64,000 nt of DNA from Terracidiphilus sp. (GCA_050015795.1 JBEKAS010000001.1:2118-66117); one strand, 5' to 3'; shown: positions 38,176 through 48,290, counted from the first letter of the stretch. Notes: generated from the sequence alone by a model not told the origin. Translations and numbers: made by a program.

Positions 38176-40416
38176 TTACGGGCGGCTTGGGATGTTGGAG
38201 GGCTTGACATGCGGCGAGGCGGCGTCCCCGACTGAAGCAGACTTTTTTACAGGGACATTTCCTCGAAGCGGCATGGGGGCCGATTCGCTCAGTTTCTGCA
38301 GCATCCATGTGAATGGGACGGCGGCAAGCAGATCAAGTACGTAGTGCTCGCCGGTCGCAAGGATTGTGAAGGCCGTTAGCAACGTGAAGACAAATGCAGC
38401 GCGCCTAAGCCAGATTGGACCGGCGTTCAGCCACAACAGCGCGGCCCACACCAAGTGCATCGAGGGCATACAATTGCGAGCGGCGTGGGGGTCGCCTGCG
38501 TGTATTGGACCTACAGCGGGCACGAGCAAATAACAAGGCAGGGCCAAGATTGCGCCAAAGCACAAGGCCCGCGCCAATTGGCCGCGAGCTTTCCCCTTCG
38601 TGTATGCGAACACGATTGCTATCATCAGCGGAAGATTTTCATAGACACAGTTCACAGCGGCCAGCCGCAGTGAGTTTGCCAAGGTCCAATTCCGCAGCAC
38701 CGCCCCGATGCCGAAGTCGGCTTTGAGCAAGATAGCGTCGAATAGATTTGGAGTCAGGTTGGCAACGAGCTTGTTGAAAAAGTTCGCATATGCGACGGAC
38801 AAGGGCAACAAAACTGCAATCTGGAAGTTCTGTTTGGCGATCTGGCTGCCACTGGCGGCCTGAAACGCCAATACGATCGTCCCGCTGCAACCGAGCATCA
38901 TGAGCGCAGCAATCAACGGCTGAACATGGCACCAAGCGGCCAAGCAGAACAGCGGAGTTGCTACCGCAAGCAGGTGGGGGACGCGCGACTTGTTAAAGCT
39001 GAAGCAGAGGATTGCGCCGCCGAAAAACGCCGACACAGCGAAGCCAGGCCTCACTTTAAAGGTCACCACGCACGCGGCAAACGTTACATATAGCAATATG
39101 AGAACAACCCAAAGGCAGACGAGCGCGAACGATTTCAATGAAGGGCCGGAGTTTGAGTGCACCTGACGAGGTTCGGTTACGAAATTTGTTTCAGAGCCGG
39201 CGCTTAAGGATGCCGTCATGCAGCGATCGGGCGGGACGGCATACATGACGGTCTGGAATCCGTCTCCTTCGTAAGCGCGCAGATACAACCTGTGCTCCGG
39301 GAGCATCTCCCGGACGAGGAGCGGAATGCGCCAGATGTCGTTTTGCGTATGGTAAACGCAGATGGCAAGGATGGGCCGATCGCGCCGAATGACCTTTGCT
39401 GCGCCGCGTAAAGCATCGTACTCCGCCCCCTCAATATCCATTTTGATGAAGGTCAACGGAGTGTCTGCGAAGAGCTCGTCGATCGGATAACACTCTACCG
39501 GAAGTCCCTCGGCTGATATCTTCGCGCCAGTCTGGCCTGAGTGAGCAAAGTGTACAACTTCGCGCGTTGCGCCCACTGCAAAGTGAATGAGCCTTAACTT
39601 TGCTTGAAGGGGCTCAGGCAAGATGTCGCGATACGCTTTGAGCCTTGAAAATGAAACATTGTCGGCTTCAAGCGCATAGAACAGGTCAAAGCGATCTCCA
39701 CGTTTTCGGATCAGGTCTTGCGTCATCTCACCACTTGTCGCACCGCAATCCAGAAAGCGATCTTGATCCGAAAGACTGAAAATTTCCTTTGGGAAGTATG
39801 TGTTTTCGGTGGGTCGACCAGGGAGGCCGTTTAAATCTCCACGGGCGCGTAGACGAATGTTTGCGTTGAATATGGCTCGCGATTCAAACTCAGACCAAAT
39901 ATTCTCCGCCGCCAGCACACAGCTACTTTCTTGGTAGAGTTTGTGCGGCAAGTCATTCAACAGACATGGAAGAAATATCTCGGAGAACCGCCAATGAAGA
40001 AATGTATATGGGGCGACTTGGTCGCACCCATACTCGCGCAGCTGTTGATCTGTCTCACGGAACCAATGAAACTCGTTCCAGATGGTAACGAGAAAAACTG
40101 AGTCGGTGCCGTAAAGCTCTGCCGCTTTTACAGGTGGAAGGATCTCTAAGCCATCAACGTGCGCACCCCATCGTTCACGGTTGTTATCACTGAATGCAAG
40201 GGGCTTTACACCAATCCCCTGCAGGGCGCCGGCCGCCCGCCTGCCGAGATTTCCGGAGCCGAAAAGAACGACTCGGTTGTTTCGCGTGCGAAGCAGTTCT
40301 TCGAGCGCGTGTTGCTCGCGGTGCATTACCGAATCGAGAGGCTCCTGAAGTAACTCGCTAAGAGATTCTGCATTCATCCCACTGGTTCCTCTCGTAGATC
40401 CCTGCGAATGATTCAT
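38176..40416 (-). CDS. FkbM methyltransferase fused to a PAP2/AUR1-type membrane domain
   Basis: N-terminal VLFGSGNLG, DCGA, FIKMDIEGAE and ICVYH. C-terminal TMs carry MPSMH and GEHYVLD. ATGA-coupled to the ThDP gene. Confidence 0.75.
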   Translation of the reverse strand: MNHSQGSTRGTSGMNAESLSELLQEPLDSVMHREQHALEELLRTRNNRVVLFGSGNLGRRAAGALQGIGVKPLAFSDNNRERWGAHVDGLEILPPVKAAELYGTDSVFLVTIWNEFHWFRETDQQLREYGCDQVAPYTFLHWRFSEIFLPCLLNDLPHKLYQESSCVLAAENIWSEFESRAIFNANIRLRARGDLNGLPGRPTENTYFPKEIFSLSDQDRFLDCGATSGEMTQDLIRKRGDRFDLFYALEADNVSFSRLKAYRDILPEPLQAKLRLIHFAVGATREVVHFAHSGQTGAKISAEGLPVECYPIDELFADTPLTFIKMDIEGAEYDALRGAAKVIRRDRPILAICVYHTQNDIWRIPLLVREMLPEHRLYLRAYEGDGFQTVMYAVPPDRCMTASLSAGSETNFVTEPRQVHSNSGPSLKSFALVCLWVVLILLYVTFAACVVTFKVRPGFAVSAFFGGAILCFSFNKSRVPHLLAVATPLFCLAAWCHVQPLIAALMMLGCSGTIVLAFQAASGSQIAKQNFQIAVLLPLSVAYANFFNKLVANLTPNLFDAILLKADFGIGAVLRNWTLANSLRLAAVNCVYENLPLMIAIVFAYTKGKARGQLARALCFGAILALPCYLLVPAVGPIHAGDPHAARNCMPSMHLVWAALLWLNAGPIWLRRAAFVFTLLTAFTILATGEHYVLDLLAAVPFTWMLQKLSESAPMPLRGNVPVKKSASVGDAASPHVKPSNIPSRP

Positions 40417-42233
40417 TCCGGCAGCGGTTTCACGATCATGTTCGCCAGAAACTCCTCGCGCGGGAGGAACGGGAACAGATCCTCCAGCGGTTTGGAGACC
40501 ATCGATCCGTCAGGGTTCTGGTACGACTGGAGGCGCGGCGCGCGCATTTCGTCGAGAATAACGTGCACATCAACGATCACGGGACCGTCCATCGCCAGGG
40601 CGCGCCTGACGTCGTCGCGCAGATGTCTCTGATCTTCAATCACAACGGATGGAATGTTGTAGGCCGCGGCCACCTTGCTCATATTGGGGACAGTAAGGCC
40701 GGTGCTGCTGTCGCAGCCAATGTTGGGCTTGCCAAAATAACCTTTCTGCGAGGCACGGATGGACGCGTACCCGTCGTTATTCAGGACGAAGAACTTCACC
40801 GGCAGCTTGAGCCGTGAGGCCGTTTCCAGCTCCTGAATATTGAACTGAAAACCACCGTCGCCATCGACGAGGATGGTGCGCCTGCGGCCGCCACCGATGC
40901 AGACCGCAAGAGACATCGGCAGACCGTATCCCATGGCCCCCAAACCGGCCGTGTGGTAGATGCGCTGACCGTTGCGCGTAGGACAGGCGAGCAGAAAAAT
41001 CTCTATCCCGCTGCCCGAGCTGCCGGAGACAAGCAAGTCGTCGGGATTGGATTCGGTGCCGATCACCTCAGCGAGATGAAAGATGCTCACCTTGCTGTCG
41101 GGTTTGCGATGCTCGTCCGTTACCACGGGGTAGCGCGTTTTCCAGTCGGCGCAGCGCGCGTTCCATGCAGTGTGGTCTTGCATCTTGATGGAGTCTTGTT
41201 GCCGTAGCAGCTCCTCAAGAAACGCTTTTGCGTCTGTGCAGATGGGTTGCTGGATATGTGGATGGAGTTTCTTCAATTCGGCGGCGTCGATGTCCACAGC
41301 GGCCTTCCAGGCTTCCCGCGCCAAATTCTGCGGAGCATAGCCGGTAATGGCAAAGTCGAGGCGAACTCCGATGGCGAGCAGAAAATCACTGTTCTGCAGG
41401 GCGAAATTAGCGCCGCGCGCCGCGACAGCACCCGGCCGGCCGACAAAGGTCGGTTCGTCGCTGGGCACCATGTCGGCGGCGCACCAGGTGGCGACGGTCG
41501 GAACGCGCAGCAAATTGCGAAACTCTTCAAATTCCGTAGTGGCATGCGCAAGCCGGATCCCATTGCCGGCAAAAAGAAGCGGGCGCTCGGACTGGTTCAG
41601 TTTTTCGACCAGGCGGCGGACTTCCTGTTTCAGGCTGGCGTTGCCCGGGTGTTCTTCCAGCTCAGCCGGATCGAAAGCGCGCAAAGAGGTGGGATCTTCA
41701 ATCGGCGATGCTTGCACGTCGAGAGGGATGTCGATCCATACCGGCCCGGGCCGGCCGTTGAGGGCAAGATAAACAGCCTTCTCCATGTGGTATCGGATGT
41801 CCTTCGGCTCGAGAACCGTGACGGCGTACTTGGTAATCGGTTTGACGATCGAGACGATGTCCATCTCCTGCACGCCGAGCTGGCGCATGCCGAGCGGTCG
41901 TCCATCCTTGTCAAACATCCGATCGGGGCGCTTGACCTGGCCGGAGACAACCAGCATGGGCGTCGAGTCGAGCCAGGCGCCTGCAACGCCGGTAACAGCG
42001 TTGGTGCCGCCGGGCCCGGTTGTTACCATGCAGACCCCGAGGTGGTTGGTAACTTTGGCGTAAGCCTCGGCGCACATCGCGCTGGCCTGCTCATGCGAGT
42101 TACAGACCGGCTCGATTGCCGCCGCTGCTCCCAGCGACTGGTTCAGGTGCATGGCGCCGCCACCGGTTACCAGAAACACGTGCTTCACGCCCTGGTCAAC
42201 AATGAATCGAACAACGTAGTCAGAAAGCTTCAT
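40413..42233 (-). CDS. Thiamine-pyrophosphate-dependent enzyme (acetolactate-synthase fold, YerE-like)
   Basis: MKLSDY..., HEQASAMCAE, TTGPGGTN and GDGGFQFN...NNDGY ThDP motif. Confidence 0.88.
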   Translation of the reverse strand: MKLSDYVVRFIVDQGVKHVFLVTGGGAMHLNQSLGAAAAIEPVCNSHEQASAMCAEAYAKVTNHLGVCMVTTGPGGTNAVTGVAGAWLDSTPMLVVSGQVKRPDRMFDKDGRPLGMRQLGVQEMDIVSIVKPITKYAVTVLEPKDIRYHMEKAVYLALNGRPGPVWIDIPLDVQASPIEDPTSLRAFDPAELEEHPGNASLKQEVRRLVEKLNQSERPLLFAGNGIRLAHATTEFEEFRNLLRVPTVATWCAADMVPSDEPTFVGRPGAVAARGANFALQNSDFLLAIGVRLDFAITGYAPQNLAREAWKAAVDIDAAELKKLHPHIQQPICTDAKAFLEELLRQQDSIKMQDHTAWNARCADWKTRYPVVTDEHRKPDSKVSIFHLAEVIGTESNPDDLLVSGSSGSGIEIFLLACPTRNGQRIYHTAGLGAMGYGLPMSLAVCIGGGRRRTILVDGDGGFQFNIQELETASRLKLPVKFFVLNNDGYASIRASQKGYFGKPNIGCDSSTGLTVPNMSKVAAAYNIPSVVIEDQRHLRDDVRRALAMDGPVIVDVHVILDEMRAPRLQSYQNPDGSMVSKPLEDLFPFLPREEFLANMIVKPLPE

Positions 42234-42264
42234 AAGTGGAACCGCCGATGGTTTTGGCCGTGAG

Positions 42265-42792
42265 TCATGGGCGTGAAAAGACCTCCTGAGCACGCAGGCC
42301 TCGCGCCGCCAGTAGCGCTTCGATCAGCTCACGGACCGCACCGTTGCCGCCGGTATTCCGGGCAACAAATTTCGCCTGGGCGAGAACATCTGAGACCGCG
42401 CTGGCAGGAGCGGCGGAGAAACCGGCAATCTGCATCGCGGGGAGATCATTCACGTCGTCTCCCATGTAGCAAATTTCCGCGAGCTCGATGCCTGCCGATG
42501 TCGCAATCTCGCGCAGCGCAGTTGCTTTGTCACGGCAACCTTTTATGACGTAGCGGATGTGCATCTTTTCCGCATAACGGCTCACCAGCGGGCTATCCTC
42601 GCCGGAGACCAGCGCCAGTTCGAAGCCTGCTCGCCGCGCGAGGGAGATCCCCATGATGTCGGCGAAGCAGAAGCGCTTCCACTCTTCACCGCCGGGCCCC
42701 CACCAGAGCCCGCCATCGGTGAGCACTCCATCGACATCAAACACGACGGCGCGGATGCGTTCGAGGCCGCCGTTTGCAGTATTGGGTTCCAT
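42265..42792 (-). CDS. KdsC-family HAD phosphatase
   Basis: FDVDGVLTDG, DIMGI, VSGEDS, KA and YMGDDVNDL. 175 aa from ATG 42792. Confidence 0.88.
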   Translation of the reverse strand: MEPNTANGGLERIRAVVFDVDGVLTDGGLWWGPGGEEWKRFCFADIMGISLARRAGFELALVSGEDSPLVSRYAEKMHIRYVIKGCRDKATALREIATSAGIELAEICYMGDDVNDLPAMQIAGFSAAPASAVSDVLAQAKFVARNTGGNGAVRELIEALLAARGLRAQEVFSRP

Positions 42793-42802
42793 CGCGCCCG
42801 GT

Positions 42803-43678
42803 CTAGACCGCTGCGCCGACACGGCGAAGCTTCTTGATGATGGGAAATTCGCGCTCGTACACGCGCTTAATGCCGTCGCCCTTGGACTGCTCCCAAAGCC
42901 GAATGTCACGCACCAGGCGGGTGATGCCGTTCGGCTCCAGTGAAGCCGCTTGATCGGAGCCCCAACCCGCGCGGTCCAAGGTGATGTGGCGTTCGACACA
43001 GCAGGCCCCAAGCGCGGCCGCGCAGACACTGGTTGGAATACCAGTTTCGTGCCCGGAATAGCCAACTGGGACGCCGTAACGCGCCGCCATGACTGGGATC
43101 GCACGGAGATTCAACTCGTCGTAGTTAGCGGGGTAGGTGCTGGTGGCGTGCATCAAAATCAAGTCATCTTTTCCCAGAACCTCGAGGGCATGATCGATTT
43201 CGTCGTAGGTGCTCATTCCGGTAGAGAGAATGATCGGCTTGCCGGTCTTGCGAATGTACCGCAGCAGATTGTCGTCAGTGAGCGATGGGGAGGCAATCTT
43301 GTACACAGGGGGCTTGAATTGCTCCAGAAAATCCACTGAGCCCTCATCCCAGGGAGAGGCAAACCAAAGCATCTTCACCGACTTGCAAAATCTGTCGATT
43401 TCCGAATATTCTTCCTGCCCGAATTCAAGTCCATGTTTGAGGTCGTCATTGGTTGGACCGAAGGGATTCTCACGCGGTTTAGCCAGTTCTTCAGGTGTGT
43501 ACACCACCTCAATTGTGCGCTTCTGGAACTTGACGGCGTCGCATCCTGCCGCGACTGCTACGCTGATCAATCGCTTGGCGAGATCAATGTTACCGTTGTG
43601 GTTGATACCAATCTCCGCAACGATGAAACAGGGCTGATCGTCGCCGACCCACCTGTTGCCGACCTGGACCTTGCTCAT
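42803..43678 (-). CDS. NeuB-family PEP-dependent ulosonate synthase, short form without the C-terminal SAF domain
   Basis: IVAEIGINHNG, DAVKFQ, KIASPS, LSTGMS, HATSTYP, GYSGHE and ERHITLDR. 291 aa. Confidence 0.88.
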   Translation of the reverse strand: MSKVQVGNRWVGDDQPCFIVAEIGINHNGNIDLAKRLISVAVAAGCDAVKFQKRTIEVVYTPEELAKPRENPFGPTNDDLKHGLEFGQEEYSEIDRFCKSVKMLWFASPWDEGSVDFLEQFKPPVYKIASPSLTDDNLLRYIRKTGKPIILSTGMSTYDEIDHALEVLGKDDLILMHATSTYPANYDELNLRAIPVMAARYGVPVGYSGHETGIPTSVCAAALGACCVERHITLDRAGWGSDQAASLEPNGITRLVRDIRLWEQSKGDGIKRVYEREFPIIKKLRRVGAAV

Positions 43679-43913
43679 GGTTGATTCACTCCTTTTGCTG
43701 TTGCCCAGCAGCGGCCGCCAACGCAACGAACGAAGGCGGGTGTTGCGGACCCCACAGTTCTCTGGCAGCGACTGAGGCGGCGGCACAGCATCCCAGCCGG
43801 AAATTCATTTCAACATGGTTACCGAAGATACCACACTCACACGAAGGTGGAACCTAGTATGTTTCGTCGCCTGCGTGTTCCGCACCACGCAGTGCACGGT
43901 TTATGCTGATTGC

Positions 43914-44954
43914 GTGAAGCGACTGCCAACAGAAGACCTGGATCATGTCTTGGGGCAAACCCTGCCGCTGTGGGAGCAGGCGCGCGGCCGGCGCGTATTT
44001 ATTTCGGGGGGGACAGGGTTTTTTGGCGCATGGCTGCTGGAAAGCCTGGCCTATTGCAATCGCGAACTTGCGCTCGGCCTGTCCGCGACGGTTCTCAGCC
44101 GCGACCCGCGAGCATTCGCCCGGAGAATGCCGCACCTTGCCAGCGAGCCCTGCATCCAGATGCTCAAGGGAGATGTTCGCGATTTCGGCTTTCCTCGGGA
44201 GGAGTTCGAATACGTCATTCACGCCGCGGCGCCTACGTCCGGAGCCGCGGCCAGCCAACCGCTCGAATTGCTGAGTACCCTGCTTGATGGCACGAAACGC
44301 ATGCTTGCGTTTGCCAAGGCGCGGGGTGCAAAGAGATTTCTCCTGACAAGTTCCGGCGCGGTCTACGGGAGACAACCGCAGAATTTGAGCCATATCCCCG
44401 AGGATTACTTCGGAGGGCCGGAGTGGCTCGATCCGAATGCGGCCTATGCAGAGGGCAAACGGGTATCCGAACAGATGTGCTCTCTCGATGCGCGGGAATC
44501 CGGGATTGACTTCATCATTGCGCGATGCTTTGCCTTTGTTGGTCCGCACCTGCCGTTAAACCAGCACTTCGCAATCGGCAACTTTATCGCCGACGCTCTA
44601 GGCGGCAGGAACATCGCAGTCCGGTGCGACGGCACACCCATGCGCTCTTATCTCTACGGAGCCGATCTCGCGATCTGGCTATGGACGATGCTATTACATG
44701 ATTCCCTGCCGGGATCGAATCCACATGTGTTCAATGTCGGGTCTGGAGAGGCAATCAGTATTCGCGATCTGGCTCAGGTCGTGGTTGAGGAACTCGACCC
44801 CTCGCTGAAGGTGGAAGTTGCGAAGGCACCGATCGCCGGGGAGTCGCGTTTGCAGTACGTGCCGGACGTCCACGGTGCCGAAAACTGCCTGGGTCTGCGT
44901 CAGACAATCGGACTGCGGGAAGCCATCCGACGCACGGCAGCATGGCATCGCTGA
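43914..44954 (+). CDS. NAD-dependent epimerase/dehydratase/reductase (extended SDR)
   Basis: SGGTGFFG, TSSGAVYG, YAEGKR, ARCFAFVGP and RSYLYG. Start uncertain. Confidence 0.85.
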   Translation: MKRLPTEDLDHVLGQTLPLWEQARGRRVFISGGTGFFGAWLLESLAYCNRELALGLSATVLSRDPRAFARRMPHLASEPCIQMLKGDVRDFGFPREEFEYVIHAAAPTSGAAASQPLELLSTLLDGTKRMLAFAKARGAKRFLLTSSGAVYGRQPQNLSHIPEDYFGGPEWLDPNAAYAEGKRVSEQMCSLDARESGIDFIIARCFAFVGPHLPLNQHFAIGNFIADALGGRNIAVRCDGTPMRSYLYGADLAIWLWTMLLHDSLPGSNPHVFNVGSGEAISIRDLAQVVVEELDPSLKVEVAKAPIAGESRLQYVPDVHGAENCLGLRQTIGLREAIRRTAAWHR

Positions 44955-44964
44955 ACGTGCGCTC

Positions 44965-46317
44965 CTACCCAACCGGGACGCGGTTTGCGAACCGATGGAG
45001 ATTTGTGTTCGATGCAAAGCCGGTCATCACTTCTGCGACAAAATCGAGCATCGGTTTGGTCAGTCCCGGATACACGCCGATCCAGAACACGTTGTTCATC
45101 ACGAAATCGGAATTCGGCAAGGGGCCGGCGACACGAACCTCGCAGCTTTCGTAAGCTGGTTGCCGGAGGAGATTGCCGCCGAAGAGCAGTCTCGTGGCGA
45201 TCTTCTTCGCTTCAAGAGCGCGGATGATGTCTTCCCGCGTAAACGGTGCATCCTCGCGAACTCCGATCGGGAAGCCAAACCACGCGGGATCCGAGCCCGG
45301 CGTAGCCTCGGGCAGCATCAGGCAGTCCTTCATCGGTTTGAGCGCAGCCGACAAGTAGCGGAAGTTCTCCTTGCGGCATTCGATAAAGATGGGCAGCTTT
45401 TCGATCTGGGAGAGTCCTAGCGCCGCCTGCATGTCGGTGGCCTTCAAGTTGTATCCGATGTGCGAGTAGGTGTATTTGTGGTCGTACCCGCAAGGCAGTC
45501 TGCCCAGCTGCCAATCGAACCGCTTGCCGCAGGTATTGTCTTTACCGGGTTCGCACCAGCAGTCACGGCCCCAGTCGCGGAACGACTCGATCAGAACCTG
45601 CAGATCGGGCCGCTGGGTGAGCACCGCGCCGCCCTCGCCCATGGTGATGTGGTGAGCGGGATAAAAGCTGACAGTTGCGATGTCGCCAAAAGTGCCTACA
45701 TGGCGTCCCTTCCACGTGGATCCGAGCGCATCGCAGCAATCCTCAATCAGCCACAGGTGGTGTTTCTTTACAAAGTCCGTCACGGCGTCGAGGTCAAAGA
45801 CATTCCCCAACGTGTGCGCGATCATGACAGCTTTGGTCTTTTCGCTGCGGGCAGCTTCGAGTTGGCTCACATCGATCTCGTAAGTCGGCACCGTAACATC
45901 CACGCAAACCGGTACAAGTCGATTCTGAATGATCGGATTGACTGTCGTAGGAAATCCCGCGGCGACAGTAATCACTTCGTCGCCTGGCTTGAGCCGTCGG
46001 TCACCCAGCTTTGGCGAGGTGAGCGCACTGATGGCGAGGAGGTTGGCGGATGATCCGGAGTTGACGAGCGACGCGCAGCGGACTCCGACAAAACGCGCGA
46101 GCCTTCGCTCAAACTCTTCGGCAAAGCGCCCCGTCGTAAACCAGCAATCCAGTGCCGCATCAACCACAGAACTCAAATCGCTGCCGTCAATCACCTTGCC
46201 CGACACCGGCACAGGCGATTCGCCGGGTTTGAACTCGGCTGCTGGAAAGGCTTCAGCAAGATACTCGGTGCATAGATCGAGGATTTGCCGCCGAAGATGT
46301 GTTGCTTTATTCGTCAT
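44965..46317 (-). CDS. rfbH: CDP-4-keto-6-deoxy-D-glucose 3-dehydrase (E1, DdhC)
   Basis: [22 protein letters not shown] (His replaces the PLP Lys), RDWGRDCWC...NTC Fe-S motif and YDHKY. Confidence 0.92.
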   Translation of the reverse strand: MTNKATHLRRQILDLCTEYLAEAFPAAEFKPGESPVPVSGKVIDGSDLSSVVDAALDCWFTTGRFAEEFERRLARFVGVRCASLVNSGSSANLLAISALTSPKLGDRRLKPGDEVITVAAGFPTTVNPIIQNRLVPVCVDVTVPTYEIDVSQLEAARSEKTKAVMIAHTLGNVFDLDAVTDFVKKHHLWLIEDCCDALGSTWKGRHVGTFGDIATVSFYPAHHITMGEGGAVLTQRPDLQVLIESFRDWGRDCWCEPGKDNTCGKRFDWQLGRLPCGYDHKYTYSHIGYNLKATDMQAALGLSQIEKLPIFIECRKENFRYLSAALKPMKDCLMLPEATPGSDPAWFGFPIGVREDAPFTREDIIRALEAKKIATRLLFGGNLLRQPAYESCEVRVAGPLPNSDFVMNNVFWIGVYPGLTKPMLDFVAEVMTGFASNTNLHRFANRVPVG

Positions 46318-46455
46318 CGACAATTAGTAACCTCAGCATACACACAATCAGAATCCGGTGGTGTACGCTATTGGCAAGCGAACACGATCTACAAACGGAT
46401 CCCGCGGTGAATTTGCCGCGGCGAACGTTAGCCCAAAGGATGCTAAGAAACTGGA

Positions 46456-47226
46456 ATGAAAGCAGTTATTCTGGCTGGCGGGCAGGGAACACGGCTGAGT
46501 GAGGAAACCAGCACGCGTCCCAAGCCTATGGTTGAGATCGGCGGCCGACCGATTCTGTGGCACATCCTCAAGATCTATTCCCAGCACGGCATCAACGACT
46601 TCGTCATCTGTTGTGGCTACAAGGGATATCTGATCAAAGAGTACTTCGCTAATTATTTTCTGCACATGTCCGACGTAACCTTCGACCTGCGGGGAAACCA
46701 CATGCAGGTGCATCAGAGCGTTGCGGAGCCTTGGCATATCACCCTTGTGGACACAGGAGACAACGCCGGGACCGGCGGACGGCTGCGAAAGGTTGCAGCG
46801 TACGTGGAGGGGGAGCGCGACTTCTGCATGACCTATGGGGACGGAGTCAGCGATCTGAATATCTCCGCATCGATCGATTTTCACAGAAGTCACGGTAAAT
46901 TGGTGACGGTAACGGCAGTTCAGCCCACGGCGCGCTTCGGGGGCTTGAGCTTCGTTGGAACAACCATCAGCGCATTCCGGGAAAAGCCCGAGGGGGAGGG
47001 CGGATGGATCAATGGCGGTTTTTTTGTCCTTTCGCCGGAGGTCATGAGCGAAATTCCCGACGAAAGCTCGATGTTTGAGCAAGAGCTCATGCAGAAGCTG
47101 TCGGCGAGGAATCAGGTACAGGCCTTTTTTCATCATGGGTTCTGGCAGCCAATGGATACGCTGCGAGACAAGCAAAGGCTTGAAGAACTGTGGACCTCCG
47201 GGAGGGCGCCTTGGAAGACGTGGTAG
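46456..47226 (+). CDS. rfbF: Glucose-1-phosphate cytidylyltransferase
   Basis: LAGGQGTRLSEET..RPKPMVEIG, GYKGYLIKEYF, TYGDG, WINGGFF and FWQPMDTLRD. Confidence 0.95.
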   Translation: MKAVILAGGQGTRLSEETSTRPKPMVEIGGRPILWHILKIYSQHGINDFVICCGYKGYLIKEYFANYFLHMSDVTFDLRGNHMQVHQSVAEPWHITLVDTGDNAGTGGRLRKVAAYVEGERDFCMTYGDGVSDLNISASIDFHRSHGKLVTVTAVQPTARFGGLSFVGTTISAFREKPEGEGGWINGGFFVLSPEVMSEIPDESSMFEQELMQKLSARNQVQAFFHHGFWQPMDTLRDKQRLEELWTSGRAPWKTW

Positions 47227-48290
47227 ACCAATGGCGGGGTCGACGTGTTTTCCTGACTGGTCACACGGGCTTTAAGGGCGGCTGGCTCGCACTCTGGCTT
47301 GCGCGCCGGGGAGCTCAGATAAGGGGATATGCGCTCGACCCGCCAACGGAACCCAATCTATTCACGGTCGCTTCCGTGGCTGCCGTTCTCGATGACATTC
47401 GCGGCGATATTCGGGACTACGCCAAGCTGGAATCCTCGATGACGGAGTTTCGTCCGGAGGTGGTTTTTCATCTTGCCGCGCAGCCGATCCTGCGGCGCTC
47501 GTATGCGGATCCGCTGGGCACATATTCGACCAACGTCATGGGCACTGCTCATGTGTTGGAGGCCGTTCGAAAGACTTCGAGTGTACGCGCGGTGGTGTGC
47601 GTCACTTCAGATAAGTGCTACCAGAATCAGGAATGGGTCTGGCCTTATCGCGAAACCGACGCACTTGGGGGATTTGACCCGTACTCCTCCAGCAAAGCAT
47701 GCACCGAAATCGTGTGCTCGGCCTACCGCAATTCCTTCTTCCCTGTGAACCGTCTGTATGAGCACCATGTCGCCTTGGCCACAGCGCGTGCCGGAAATGT
47801 GGTTGGGGGTGGAGACTGGTCGGAGGACCGCCTGGTTCCGGACCTGATCCGCGGATTTCAGGCGGGCCAGCCCGTGCTGATCAGGCATCCAAAGGCAGTT
47901 CGGCCATGGCAGCACGTCCTGGAACCCCTCAGCGGATACATGCTGCTGGCGGAGAAACTCCTCGATGCGCCTTCACAGTATTGCTCCTCGTTCAACTTCG
48001 GCCCGGGCCAAAAGGATGCGTGGCCGGTTGAGCGCATCGCGACAAAACTTGCGGAAATGTGGGGCGAGGGAGCCGGCTGGATACGCGATTCCGTTCCAGG
48101 CGTGCACGAGCACCACTCTCTGACGCTGGACACCAGCAAGGCCCGACGGCAACTTGGCTGGCAGCAGCGTCTGGGGATCGAAGCGAATTTGGAATGGACC
48201 ATGAAGTGGTACCGCAACTGGCAACAGGGCGCTGATATGAATCAGGCGACCTCGGCGCAAATCGCCAGATTTGAGCAACTCGCTCACTGA
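47220..48290 (+). CDS. rfbG: CDP-glucose 4,6-dehydratase
   Basis: TGHTGFKGGWL, HLAAQP, VTSDKCY, DPYSSSKA, RAGNVVGGGDW and RPWQHVLEPL. Confidence 0.95.
   Translation: MVDQWRGRRVFLTGHTGFKGGWLALWLARRGAQIRGYALDPPTEPNLFTVASVAAVLDDIRGDIRDYAKLESSMTEFRPEVVFHLAAQPILRRSYADPLGTYSTNVMGTAHVLEAVRKTSSVRAVVCVTSDKCYQNQEWVWPYRETDALGGFDPYSSSKACTEIVCSAYRNSFFPVNRLYEHHVALATARAGNVVGGGDWSEDRLVPDLIRGFQAGQPVLIRHPKAVRPWQHVLEPLSGYMLLAEKLLDAPSQYCSSFNFGPGQKDAWPVERIATKLAEMWGEGAGWIRDSVPGVHEHHSLTLDTSKARRQLGWQQRLGIEANLEWTMKWYRNWQQGADMNQATSAQIARFEQLAH

Noticed and set aside
42265-43678. Ordinary sialic acid or Kdo biosynthesis
   Set aside because: No neuC, neuA/kdsB, neuD or sialyltransferase is present in the island, so a standard CMP-Neu5Ac pathway is not supported.
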